Source of the DNA: an uncultured bacterium
GTDB taxonomy: Bacteria; Hydrothermota; Hydrothermia; B15-G9; WFZT01
Reading direction: 5' to 3'
NCBI GenBank assembly: GCA_964571845.1
Contig: CAZNDM010000074.1
Coordinates: 4,431 to 68,430, forward strand
Length of the DNA: 64,000 bases
In this document: one piece after another, positions 21,911-31,654 of the stretch
Numbering within the stretch: the first letter of the stretch is position 1
Layout: every line of letters starts with the position of its first letter
The notes under the pieces: model-generated
What the model was told of the DNA's origin: nothing
Databases searched by the model: none
What the model saw: only the letters and a program-made list of their open reading frames with translations
Made by a program: the position numbers and the translations under genes

Positions 21911-23698
21911 ATGATTACCTTTCTCTCAACCATATTCGCACTACTCCTGAGCCTGTGGGTTTATAGAGGAAGTTACAGGCGACTCTGGTACCTGGTCCTT
22001 TTGAGAACCGTATCCATAACACTACTGTTAGTCTTAATATTCACACCCGTCTTCAAAAAAACTGTAACTATTCCCACCACGGTAGATGTTCTTATTGATA
22101 AATCCGGCAGTATGGGATTCAAGGAAAAAGCCAAGTTTTTAAAATCGACCGTAAAACGTCTTCAGGACATTGAAAACTCTAACTTTAGCTTAAATTTTTT
22201 TAGTTTCGATACAACTATTTATAATGGCATCAATTTCGATTTCGGGGGTAAAACAGCAATTGGTAAAGCAATCAATAGCATGTTGTCCAGCACAGTTATT
22301 CTATTATCGGATGGATTAAACAATAGAGGCCCCTTCCCTGATCTCCACAACAAACGGATAATATCCCTCTTACCTCCATCAACAGGGGCACTTATAAAAT
22401 CGATCAAATTTAAACCCCTTATTGTGGAAGGAGCCACTGATACGTTGAAGATAATTACCGGAAAATCGGGGAAACTTGAAATTTTTGGGAAGCAGAAAAT
22501 ATTTTCTAAAATTGTAAAACAAGGGGAGGAAAACTCTATCCCTTTAAAACCTTCGAAAAGTGGCATTTACACCTATAGGATAAAGATAGATGGTAAACTG
22601 GTTAAAAAGATCACTATAAGAGTGGTTAAAAGGGGGAAAAGTGTCCTCGTGTTCTCCTCTCATCCTGATGTAAATGTAAGATTTCTCAGGATGTATTTAG
22701 ACCAAAGTGGAAACATCACGGCAGACATTGTTATCTTCACAAAACGTGGACTCACAATGTTCAAAAAAGATGCAGTAATCAAATTAAAAAAATTCGATTT
22801 TAACGGATATGATTTCTACATACTGATTGATCCTACACCTGACGCACTTGCTCCCGTTCTTTCCGGTAAAAGGGGACTCATAATATTCTCAAGAAGGCCG
22901 GACAATTTGAATAAACTGTTAAACGGTATATTCATTCCCACTCTAAGGAGAGGTGAGCTTTATCCTGTATGGGGTGATTCTACTCTAAATCCTATCGAAT
23001 ACATGTGGGTTTTAAACAGATATCCCCCCGATATTGATAATTTTGTGTATGTTAGAATGGGAAAAAGACAAATCCCATTGCTTTTCATACACCAAAACCT
23101 GGCATTCCTCATGACAGGTGATTTTTATAAAATTCCCCTATTCAATTTCGATGCATATTTGAAAATTCTCGATAGAGTCTTTTCCAGACTTATCCCTGAA
23201 GGAAATTTCTTTGTCGAAACCCCCATAAGGGAGTTTGAAGCAGGGGAAAAGATCCCTGTCACTGCTTATGCGTATGACAGGTTTGGCAATCCAATTGACA
23301 CACTTTTCCCTGTGGTAAAATTGGGTAAGAAGGTTTATCAAATGAATTACAGGGGGAACGGAGTATACACAACTCTCATCTCATTGAATGATACTGGAAA
23401 ATTAGAGGCACATGTGATATTTAAAGGACTTGAGGGCATTTTAAAAACAGAATCTATTTCCTTACGAGTCAGGAACAGCCAGATTGAGACCCCTACACCC
23501 GATGTGAATGTAGACTTTCTTCACAATCTTGGTAGCACGGTAAATTCTCTCAAAGAATTACAGGCGATTCTAACAAGGATAAAACCAGAAAAAGAGATGA
23601 GGAGAATCAACCTCAGAAATACATGGCTTATATTATTGACCGTAATTATCCTCTTAGCAATTGAATGGTTTATTCGACGTGCAAATGGGACTGTATGA
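21911..23698 (+). CDS. VWA-domain membrane-anchored protein
   Basis: MIDAS DKSGS, TAIG and LLSDG; two N-terminal TMs and one C-terminal TM (LLAIEWFIRR). Confidence 0.8.
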   Translation: MITFLSTIFALLLSLWVYRGSYRRLWYLVLLRTVSITLLLVLIFTPVFKKTVTIPTTVDVLIDKSGSMGFKEKAKFLKSTVKRLQDIENSNFSLNFFSFDTTIYNGINFDFGGKTAIGKAINSMLSSTVILLSDGLNNRGPFPDLHNKRIISLLPPSTGALIKSIKFKPLIVEGATDTLKIITGKSGKLEIFGKQKIFSKIVKQGEENSIPLKPSKSGIYTYRIKIDGKLVKKITIRVVKRGKSVLVFSSHPDVNVRFLRMYLDQSGNITADIVIFTKRGLTMFKKDAVIKLKKFDFNGYDFYILIDPTPDALAPVLSGKRGLIIFSRRPDNLNKLLNGIFIPTLRRGELYPVWGDSTLNPIEYMWVLNRYPPDIDNFVYVRMGKRQIPLLFIHQNLAFLMTGDFYKIPLFNFDAYLKILDRVFSRLIPEGNFFVETPIREFEAGEKIPVTAYAYDRFGNPIDTLFPVVKLGKKVYQMNYRGNGVYTTLISLNDTGKLEAHVIFKGLEGILKTESISLRVRNSQIETPTPDVNVDFLHNLGSTVNSLKELQAILTRIKPEKEMRRINLRNTWLILLTVIILLAIEWFIRRANGTV

Positions 23699-23700
23699 AA

Positions 23701-26091
23701 CTAATCTGCCCCTGATATTGGGCGGACCTTAACTACTCCTTTAATAGATTTGATGTGTCCAAGTAGTTCTTCAAGTTGTGTTCGCGTCTTCACATTCAAT
23801 GTGAGATCAGCTATGAAATTCCCCCCGTACACACCTTTAATATTAGGGGAAACCTGGAATTTACCGAACATAGAAGGCTTATCCTTACTAAGATCCAGAA
23901 GAAATTTATTAAGTCCCGTCAGATCTTCAGCTACCACTCTAACTTTCACTCTTCTTGAGAAATCGACATCCTCGGTCCATCTTGCTGGCAGTATTCGACT
24001 TCTATTTCCCCTGTAATGTACTACATTCGGACAATCTTTCCTGTGAATGGTGACTACATGGGACGTTGTGGCAATACCAACAATCTCATCACCTGGTAAC
24101 TGGATACAGCACTTGGCAAATTTTATTTCCATACCCTTGATTCCACTTACCTCAACCAGTGGTTTTTTCTCACCCTGGCGAACATACCTGTGCTGAGGAA
24201 GGAATTTCCTCACTTTCCCGACCAATTTTCTTCTTGAAATTCTCTTCGCGTAGATTGCATAGTAAAGCTCCTCCTCAGCGTGCATGTTGAATGAACGTAC
24301 CAGCCTGGGGAGTAGCCTGTCCAGGGTTTCACGTGGAACCTTCTCCTGTTCCAGAATCTCTTTTAATTGTTGTTCCCCGGCTTCAATCTCATCTGAGGCA
24401 TATTTTATCAGAATTACTCTCTTTAATGCTTTTAAATTTATCTTTTCTTCCGCTATTTGAATAAATAAATTATTTTCCTGCCTCATTTTGAGGTCAGGGA
24501 GAATACTTCGGGCAACTTCTTGATAATCGAGGTCAAAGGGCAGTAATTTTTTGAGAATCTTCATAAATTCTTCTTTCCCCTTTGAAATCTTTTGCTCTCG
24601 CTCCTGTCTTCTGAAGTAGGCTTTAATTTTTTGCCTTGCAGATGATGTTTTGACAAATCTGAGCCAGTCGAGGCTTGGAGATGGAACGGAACCTGTTTTT
24701 ATTTCAACAATATCTCCATTTTTTAACTCGTAATTCAGGGGGACAAGTTTGCCATTAACTATCGCTCCTCTCGCTCTGTGCCCCAGCTCCGTATGTACTG
24801 CATACGCGAAATCAATGGGGGTCGAGTGTTTCTTTAAAATTTTAATCTCTCTTTTAGGTGTAAAAACATAGATATCCTCTTCCTTTAACTCATCCTTTAA
24901 AACCCTATAGTATATGCGGGGATCTTCGATATTCTTGGACCTTTCAATCAAATTATGCAGCCATCCCATTAATTTCAGTGTTTCAGCCCCACTTTTCACT
25001 CCTTCTTTGTATCTCCAGTGAGCAGCAATTCCAAACTCTGCTATTTCATGCATCATTTCAGAGCGAATTTGAATTTCTATAAACTTGTTATCGGGTCCAA
25101 CAACCGTGGTATGAAGAGACTGATAAAAATTCGGCTTGGGATTTGCCACGTAATCCTTAAATCTATCAGGTACAGGTTGATAAAGCTCATGAACAACCCC
25201 AAGAACCTTATAAACATCTTCCTTAGTTCTCGTAATGATTCTAATTCCATATAGGTCGTAAAGCTCTTCAAATTTCTTATTCTTTTTCTTCATTTTTTGG
25301 TAAACGGAGTAGATATGTTTTGGACGGGAAATTATTCTTGCTTCAATCCCTCTACGCTTTAACTCAGCCCCCAGCTGAGCTTCTACAAGTCCAAGGAACT
25401 TCTCTCTGTCCCTTCTTTTTTCGTTTATCTTTCTCGCAAGATCAGAGTAAACAGATGGATTCAGATATTTGAATGACAGATCTTCAAGCTCCCATTTAAT
25501 TTTCCAGATACCAATCCTATGTGCAAGTGGTGCATAAATCTCGAGAGTCTCTCGTGCAATTCTTCTCTTTTTATCATCTGGTAATGATTCAAGCGTCTTT
25601 ATATTGTGCAGCCTGTCAGCCAGTTTTATGACAAGTACTCTTATATCTTCAGCTATAGATAAAATCATCTTTCTATAGGTCTCGACCTTTTGCCTGTACA
25701 TTTTCCCCAGCTCTCTCGCTCCATCCAGCTCACTGAGAGGGATCTGTCTGATCTTGGTTACTCCCTCAACGAGAAAAGTAATCTCTCTGCCGAACACTTC
25801 CTCAAGCTCTTCTGATGTTGTATCTGTATCTTCAAGGATGTCATGCAGTAGACCTGCTGCTACTGTCGTAGCGTCCATTTTCAGATCAATAAGTATGAGA
25901 GCAACATTTATAGGGTGTGTAATATAAGGATCTCCGGATACTCTGAACTGTCCCCTATGCCTTTCACAGGCGAAATCGAGTGCTTTTTTTACCAATTCAA
26001 CTTCATCATCAGAGAAAACACTTTCGACACGGTTTATTAATTTTTCTCTTAGAGTTATGAGCTCTTTTTCAATAGACCGGGAAAGCTGCAA
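23701..26091 (-). CDS. rel: Long bifunctional RelA/SpoT (p)ppGpp synthetase/hydrolase, with duplicated helical domain
   Basis: LHDILEDT, KLADRLHN, RPKHIYS, YQSLHT, EIQIRS, AAHWRYKE, TGS, CC zinc finger and ACT/RRM domains. TTG start is uncertain. Confidence 0.95.
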   Translation of the reverse strand: MQLSRSIEKELITLREKLINRVESVFSDDEVELVKKALDFACERHRGQFRVSGDPYITHPINVALILIDLKMDATTVAAGLLHDILEDTDTTSEELEEVFGREITFLVEGVTKIRQIPLSELDGARELGKMYRQKVETYRKMILSIAEDIRVLVIKLADRLHNIKTLESLPDDKKRRIARETLEIYAPLAHRIGIWKIKWELEDLSFKYLNPSVYSDLARKINEKRRDREKFLGLVEAQLGAELKRRGIEARIISRPKHIYSVYQKMKKKNKKFEELYDLYGIRIITRTKEDVYKVLGVVHELYQPVPDRFKDYVANPKPNFYQSLHTTVVGPDNKFIEIQIRSEMMHEIAEFGIAAHWRYKEGVKSGAETLKLMGWLHNLIERSKNIEDPRIYYRVLKDELKEEDIYVFTPKREIKILKKHSTPIDFAYAVHTELGHRARGAIVNGKLVPLNYELKNGDIVEIKTGSVPSPSLDWLRFVKTSSARQKIKAYFRRQEREQKISKGKEEFMKILKKLLPFDLDYQEVARSILPDLKMRQENNLFIQIAEEKINLKALKRVILIKYASDEIEAGEQQLKEILEQEKVPRETLDRLLPRLVRSFNMHAEEELYYAIYAKRISRRKLVGKVRKFLPQHRYVRQGEKKPLVEVSGIKGMEIKFAKCCIQLPGDEIVGIATTSHVVTIHRKDCPNVVHYRGNRSRILPARWTEDVDFSRRVKVRVVAEDLTGLNKFLLDLSKDKPSMFGKFQVSPNIKGVYGGNFIADLTLNVKTRTQLEELLGHIKSIKGVVKVRPISGAD

Positions 26092-26956
26092 AATGGATCA
26101 CCTCATTATTCAGTTTTAGAGCATGAGCAACGGCCTTTTTATCTGCAAATCTTAATTCCTGGCCCTCTATAACTCCATCCGCCACCATGTAATCCCGGGA
26201 GAAAACATAATCTATGAAATTTTGTATTTCGGCCTCTTTAAAGTCGCCTGGTCCATACATCATGGATTCCAGCGCTTCAAGAGCATATCCACGCAAAAGT
26301 TTTTTACTCATTTTTTTGAATAAACCGGGACCAACAAATATATCCATCCCAAGAATCTTTTTACCTGCAACCACAATAAAACCCTTTGTATCCTCAGAAA
26401 ATTCAGCATCCTCAACAAATCTATCTATATCATCTCTCAACGTCGAATATGCATCATGCATGGAGCTTGTAACTGACTTAACCCGAAAACTTTTAAGTGT
26501 GCTACGGACAGATTTCCATATTGCTGACTGATCTGATTTGAAACTTTTGTTTAGCTTGAGAGATTGTGTAACGGATGATGCGAGTATCGACCTCAAAGAG
26601 GGATATGCCACCACGCCTGAATGATGAAACTCCCTGTTACCACTCCATCTGTTTTGTTCCACACAGGTAACCGGGACTCGCGCACTCACGGGTTTGGAGG
26701 CGACCATAGATGTGTTAAAAACCCTGTTCTGAAGAGCGCCAATAATCTCCTCTCCATCAAGAACAAAAAGCCTTCCTCCACCCTCGAAATCCAGCTCTGC
26801 TTCATTTACAACTCCAGTATCGTTTAAAAACAAAACCCCTCTATCTCTTGCCTCTTCAATACTCAGGTAGTTACCATTCCCTGTCCCGATAATCGGGTAA
26901 ATAACAAGATTCCTCAAAAAATATGGTTCACCAATCCTGGGAGTCTCAAACATCAT
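26069..26956 (-). CDS. ARPP-1 (DUF6569) family protein
   Basis: YLSIEEA, LDGEEIIGALQNRVFNTS, PVTCVEQNRW, SDQSAIW and KLLRGYALEAL match the family pattern as I recall it. Confidence 0.75.
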   Translation of the reverse strand: MMFETPRIGEPYFLRNLVIYPIIGTGNGNYLSIEEARDRGVLFLNDTGVVNEAELDFEGGGRLFVLDGEEIIGALQNRVFNTSMVASKPVSARVPVTCVEQNRWSGNREFHHSGVVAYPSLRSILASSVTQSLKLNKSFKSDQSAIWKSVRSTLKSFRVKSVTSSMHDAYSTLRDDIDRFVEDAEFSEDTKGFIVVAGKKILGMDIFVGPGLFKKMSKKLLRGYALEALESMMYGPGDFKEAEIQNFIDYVFSRDYMVADGVIEGQELRFADKKAVAHALKLNNEVIHFAAFPVY

Positions 26957-27669
26957 TCTATATTAATAACCGAACCTGCTCCAGAGTCAATATAGTTTTC
27001 CTCACCAAACACTTCTCTCGCTATTTCCATGGCCAGATCACCAGAACAGTGGGACGGAGAGATCTTTTCAACCCCCATTTCTTTCAAATATTTCATAACC
27101 TCTGTGATATAGTCTTCATCCTTGTGCAAAAGGTGAAAACCACCTACAACCAGGTAGATATGTTCATCAAGAAAATTACCTCTTACATGGGAGACTATCT
27201 TCGTGAGTTTCGGGTGAGAACATCCGGTAATAATAACGAGACCAGGTGGTGTTTTTATCACCATGGACTGTTCTACAAGAATGGTGCCAAGCTGTCCAGT
27301 AGAGTAAACCCCATCAAACAGATTCTCAAATTCCTCTACTCTTTCAACTCTACCACCATGTCTTCTAACTCTTTCTTCAAATTCTCTTGAAATACTAATC
27401 GGGATATACACCACAGGTTCGTTTTCCATAACATTCAAAAGGTCAATCAGACCCCCGACATGGTCCAGATGAATGTGGGAAATAAAAATTCTACTAATAC
27501 TGTCTGGAGAAATTTTGAAAGTCTCCATATTCTTTAAAAGAAGGTCTCCATCCGGTCCAGTATCAAATAACACTCCCTCCTTCAGGCCTTCAATATAAAT
27601 TGATAATCCCCAGCCGTATTTAAACTTTTCATTATGGATAACATTGTTAACGACGACCTTTAACTGCAT
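26953..27669 (-). CDS. MBL-fold metallo-hydrolase
   Basis: LFDTG, SHIHLDHVGG, TGCSHP, GGFHL and PSHCSG motifs. Confidence 0.9.
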   Translation of the reverse strand: MQLKVVVNNVIHNEKFKYGWGLSIYIEGLKEGVLFDTGPDGDLLLKNMETFKISPDSISRIFISHIHLDHVGGLIDLLNVMENEPVVYIPISISREFEERVRRHGGRVERVEEFENLFDGVYSTGQLGTILVEQSMVIKTPPGLVIITGCSHPKLTKIVSHVRGNFLDEHIYLVVGGFHLLHKDEDYITEVMKYLKEMGVEKISPSHCSGDLAMEIAREVFGEENYIDSGAGSVINIE

Positions 27670-27689
27670 AATGCACCCCCTATGTTTGT

Positions 27690-28943
27690 TTAATCGACAA
27701 GATATTTAAACCTATTTATAAAGTCCTCCGGAGACATGTTACCAGCTCTTGCGAGCTCTTCAATGTCCTCCGGAGACTCAAAGTCCTCCTTTTTTAATTT
27801 GATCATATATTCCTGGGAAACTCTGTAAGTTTCAGAGGTTGTATCCACAAATCTCACCCTGAGTCGTTCAGTCTCAGGGTCTATCAGCTCTTCAAAGGGG
27901 ATAGGATTCAATCTCCCGCCTTTATACGAAATTATTGCCCCGCTCCCCTCCATATTTAGCAGATACTCAACAGCTCCATGGCCAAGATTTTTCGTATATT
28001 CAATATCAAATGCAATCGGGGGTGCACTTCTCAAAATGTATCCAATTTCAACGTCAAGTATCTTAATATCTACTCCTCTCTTCCTAAGGGATCCGAGAAC
28101 TGGATCTTTTAAAATTTTTCCAAGTGGGATTTCTGAAAGTCTCAAATGGCCGAAATCGTCTCTCTCCATTATTTGATCAGCTGGAAGATCATGAGGGTCT
28201 ATCTTAAGTGCTATTCCTTCGGCAATCACAGCGACACCATCTTCCCTTCCCAGGGCTTTTCTCTTGATTATTGCTCCTTCAAGTATATCTGTGATATAAT
28301 GCAGCGGCACCCTATCCCCTTTCAGCTCCTCCGGGATTACAGCAAGTGTCGCCCCGGCTGCTTTTGCTATACCCAGAGCGAGGTGTCCCGCCTCTCTCCC
28401 CATTGTTATCACAAAATACCACCTGTTAGTGGTCTTGGAATCTTCCATAATATTTCTTACAAGATCTGTTCCCAATTCCTTCGCTGTTTCAAAACCGAAC
28501 GTGGGCATATTCTCCGGCAAAGGAATATCATTGTCTATCGTCTTCGGAACATGGGCTATCCTTATTCTATCACCCATCAATTTCTTTAATTTGTAAGCAA
28601 GAGTGGCAGTCCCATCCCCTCCGATAGTTACAAGATATTTAATTCTCAGTTCTGAAAAAGATTTCATTAAATTTTCAATCTTATCTCGCGAATCAATTGG
28701 ATTATCCCTTGAAGATCTGAGAATTGACCCTCCGGTGAAATGTATTCTTGAAACATTCTCAATCGAGAGAGGAACAAGAAATGAGGTATCTCCCCGACTC
28801 AACCATTTGAATCCATCCATTATTCCGATCACATCAAGTCCTTCATTTATAGCTTCGATGGTTACAGCACCGATTACACCATTTATTCCTGGTGCAGGTC
28901 CCCCCATAACAGCAATTGCAAGAACCTCACTTCTCTTCCTCAT
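27690..28943 (-). CDS. pfk: 6-phosphofructokinase of the Thermotoga PPi-PFK-like clade with ATP-type GGDG motif
   Basis: GGPAPGIN, TIGGDGT, PKTIDND, MGREAGH and GYILRS motifs. Confidence 0.92.
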   Translation of the reverse strand: MRKRSEVLAIAVMGGPAPGINGVIGAVTIEAINEGLDVIGIMDGFKWLSRGDTSFLVPLSIENVSRIHFTGGSILRSSRDNPIDSRDKIENLMKSFSELRIKYLVTIGGDGTATLAYKLKKLMGDRIRIAHVPKTIDNDIPLPENMPTFGFETAKELGTDLVRNIMEDSKTTNRWYFVITMGREAGHLALGIAKAAGATLAVIPEELKGDRVPLHYITDILEGAIIKRKALGREDGVAVIAEGIALKIDPHDLPADQIMERDDFGHLRLSEIPLGKILKDPVLGSLRKRGVDIKILDVEIGYILRSAPPIAFDIEYTKNLGHGAVEYLLNMEGSGAIISYKGGRLNPIPFEELIDPETERLRVRFVDTTSETYRVSQEYMIKLKKEDFESPEDIEELARAGNMSPEDFINRFKYLVD

Positions 28944-29120
28944 GGCGAAAATTATAAATCCTGTCACTAAAAAAAAGAAACTCCAGTAATGGAAACTTCG
29001 CTTTTTTTGAATTATTATTAATAAAATTCTCCTTGTAAAAACTAAGAGTTTGTATTATATAATTACTCATCTGAGGGGTTATTTCTTTTGGTCGTCGAAT
29101 ACTAAAAGGAGGTATGTATT

Positions 29121-30479
29121 ATGAATGTGTTAACCCTATCGAGGTGGCAATTTGCAATTACCACCATATACCACTTCTTCTTTGTACCTCTCACTCTCGG
29201 TTTATCTATTCTTGTCGCTATAATGGAAAGTAAATACGTGTCAACCGGTGACGAGATGTACAAGAAGATGGCTAAATTCTGGGGCAGACTGTTCCTCATA
29301 AATTTCGCCATGGGTGTGGTCACAGGTATTGTTCAGGAGTTCCAGTTTGGTATGAACTGGTCTGAATACTCAAGATTCATGGGAGACATCTTCGGTGTAC
29401 CTCTTGCAATAGAAGCACTGCTGGCCTTTTATCTTGAATCCACCATGCTTGGAGTCTGGACATTTGGCTGGAATAAACTCTCAAAGAAAACACACGCCCT
29501 TACCATCTGGCTTGTTGCTATTGGTTCAAATTTGTCAGCTCTATGGATCTTAATTGCAAATTCTTTCATGCAGGAACCTGTGGGATACAAACTTGAAAAT
29601 GGTAGAGTGCTTCTGACAAATTTCAAAGCGGTGTTCTCCAATCCTAATGTCTGGGTTCAATTCCCCCATGTACTTACTGCCGGGATAACTACAGCTGGAT
29701 TCTTTGTACTCGCCTTTAGTGCGTATCATCTTCTGAAGGGAACAAAAGACGTGGAGTTCTTCCGTCGCTCCTTCAAGTGGGGCGCTGTGTATGGTCTCAT
29801 CGGTGTAATTCTTGTAATTATAATTGGCCATATCCAGGGACAGCATCTTACAAGAACCCAACCCACAAAGATGGCTGCGGCAGAGGCACTCTGGGAAACA
29901 GAGGACCCAGCAAGCTTCTCCCTCTTCGCTATAATTGACACAAAGGCCCAAAAGAACCCCGTTGACATAAAAATCCCCGGCTTCCTGAGCTTCCTCGTTT
30001 ACAACAAATTTAGTGGAGAAGTAAAGGGTATAAAGGACCTACAGAAAGAATATGAGGCAAAATATGGTCCAGGTAACTATATTCCGCCCGTAAAAACCTG
30101 CTACTGGTCATTTAGATTAATGGTAGGATTCGGTCTATTAATGCTATTGATAGCCATTATTGCAATTCCTTATGCCAAACGAGATCCGTCAGAAATTCCC
30201 AGGTGGTTCCTTAAATTATCAGTCTGGTCCGTTTTCTTCCCCTATCTGGCAAATACTTTTGGATGGATGCTCACTGAGTTTGGGAGAAATCCATGGATCG
30301 TGTATGGTCTTTTAAAGATAAAAGATGCAGTCTCACCTAATCTCGCCCCTGGTACCGTTCTCTTCTCACTACTGATGTTCGCTATTGTATACGGCTTACT
30401 CATGATTGCTGATGTTTATCTACTCGTTAGGTACGGTTTGAAACAGGGCCCTGAAGGGGCTGTTTCAGAAGGATACTAA
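29121..30479 (+). CDS. cydA: Cytochrome bd ubiquinol oxidase subunit I
   Basis: YHFFFVP, QEFQFGMNWS, FPHV, QPTKMAAAE and GWMLTEFGRNPW motifs. Confidence 0.96.
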   Translation: MNVLTLSRWQFAITTIYHFFFVPLTLGLSILVAIMESKYVSTGDEMYKKMAKFWGRLFLINFAMGVVTGIVQEFQFGMNWSEYSRFMGDIFGVPLAIEALLAFYLESTMLGVWTFGWNKLSKKTHALTIWLVAIGSNLSALWILIANSFMQEPVGYKLENGRVLLTNFKAVFSNPNVWVQFPHVLTAGITTAGFFVLAFSAYHLLKGTKDVEFFRRSFKWGAVYGLIGVILVIIIGHIQGQHLTRTQPTKMAAAEALWETEDPASFSLFAIIDTKAQKNPVDIKIPGFLSFLVYNKFSGEVKGIKDLQKEYEAKYGPGNYIPPVKTCYWSFRLMVGFGLLMLLIAIIAIPYAKRDPSEIPRWFLKLSVWSVFFPYLANTFGWMLTEFGRNPWIVYGLLKIKDAVSPNLAPGTVLFSLLMFAIVYGLLMIADVYLLVRYGLKQGPEGAVSEGY

Positions 30480-30491
30480 GGAGGTTCAATC

Positions 30492-31511
30492 ATGGTATTC
30501 CAGACAATCTGGTTTATTCTTGTAACAGTTTTATTTATTGGGTTCTTCTTCCTTGAAGGATTTGATTATGGAGTGGGAATTCTTCTCCCATTCCTTGGGA
30601 AGAAGGATGAAGAGAGAAGGGCCATAATAAATGCTATTGGTCCATTTTGGGATGGAAACGAGGTCTGGTTAATAACTGCCGGTGGTGCACTTTTTGCATC
30701 TTTTCCACAGGTTTACGCAACGCTGTTCAGTGGTTTCTATCTTGCTCTCTTCTTGATTCTCCTGGGGCTCATAGTCAGGGGTGTGTCCTTTGAGTTTAGA
30801 AGCAAGCTGGAAAGCTCTTCCTGGAGAAATTTCTGGGATTGGATGAACTTCCTGGGGAGCTTTCTTGCTGCTCTTCTCTGGGGTGTAGCTGTTGGAAATC
30901 TTATCCGTGGTGTACCGATTGACGAGAAAATGTATTATCACGGTGGACTACTCGGGCTAATCAGCGTATTTACACTCATTGCAGGGATAACTTTTGTTCT
31001 GTTGTTTGCCTATCACGGAGCAAATTTCCTTTCACTCAAACTCGATGGTGAAATGGCCGAAAGAGCAAAGGCAACTGCCAGGAAACTCTGGATCTGGGTT
31101 GTAATTTTCGCTGTAATCTTCATTCTGTGGTCACTTTTCGGCACTCCATACTTCACAAAGGGAGCAGTTCCAGGATTATCATTCCTTGCTGCCGCACTTG
31201 CTGCTATCTCACTACTTATCTCCGGGTTCAGAGCCATGCAGGGTAGAAGTGGATGCGCCTTTTTCTGGAGTGCACTTACTATCGTCTTCGCTACAGTAAT
31301 GGTTTTCGCGGGTCTCTACCCAAGAATCATGATCTCCACGCTCAATCCAGCATGGAGTCTTACAATTTCTAATGCCTCAGCCAGTCAGTACACCTTGAAA
31401 ACCATGACTATTGTGGCAGTAATTCTCGTTCCAATTGTACTCCTTTATCAAATCTGGACATACAGGGTTTTTAAAGACAGGATCAGTACGAAGAGCGAAA
31501 TGGAATACTGA
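30492..31511 (+). CDS. cydB: Cytochrome bd ubiquinol oxidase subunit II
   Basis: LEGFDYGVG, GPFWDGNEVWL and RGVSFEFR motifs. Confidence 0.96.
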   Translation: MVFQTIWFILVTVLFIGFFFLEGFDYGVGILLPFLGKKDEERRAIINAIGPFWDGNEVWLITAGGALFASFPQVYATLFSGFYLALFLILLGLIVRGVSFEFRSKLESSSWRNFWDWMNFLGSFLAALLWGVAVGNLIRGVPIDEKMYYHGGLLGLISVFTLIAGITFVLLFAYHGANFLSLKLDGEMAERAKATARKLWIWVVIFAVIFILWSLFGTPYFTKGAVPGLSFLAAALAAISLLISGFRAMQGRSGCAFFWSALTIVFATVMVFAGLYPRIMISTLNPAWSLTISNASASQYTLKTMTIVAVILVPIVLLYQIWTYRVFKDRISTKSEMEY

Positions 31512-31518
31512 TAGGATA

Positions 31519-31555
31519 GAGAGGGGGGCGAAGCCTCTGGCTTCGCCCCCCTCTC
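31519..31555 (+). terminator. Perfect 17-bp hairpin between cydB and cydD
   Basis: GAGAGGGGGGCGAAGCC-TCT-GGCTTCGCCCCCCTCTC; followed by a C-rich, not U-rich, tail. Confidence 0.55.
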
Positions 31556-31654
31556 CTCACCCCCCAACCCTCGCTTTATCCTCCATGGTCCCACCCCATG
31601 AACAAAAAGATGCTCTCCCATCCTCAAAACTCATCTTCTTTATAATTTACCCAC

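Noticed and set aside
29030-29070. Rex operator upstream of cydA
   Set aside because: Only TTGTAA/TTGTAT half-sites are present, with no TTGTGAA-N4-TTCACAA palindrome.
30270-30300. CydA GRNPW instead of GRQPW
   Set aside because: It is a conservative change, and the heme-related His, Met, Glu and Arg residues are retained.
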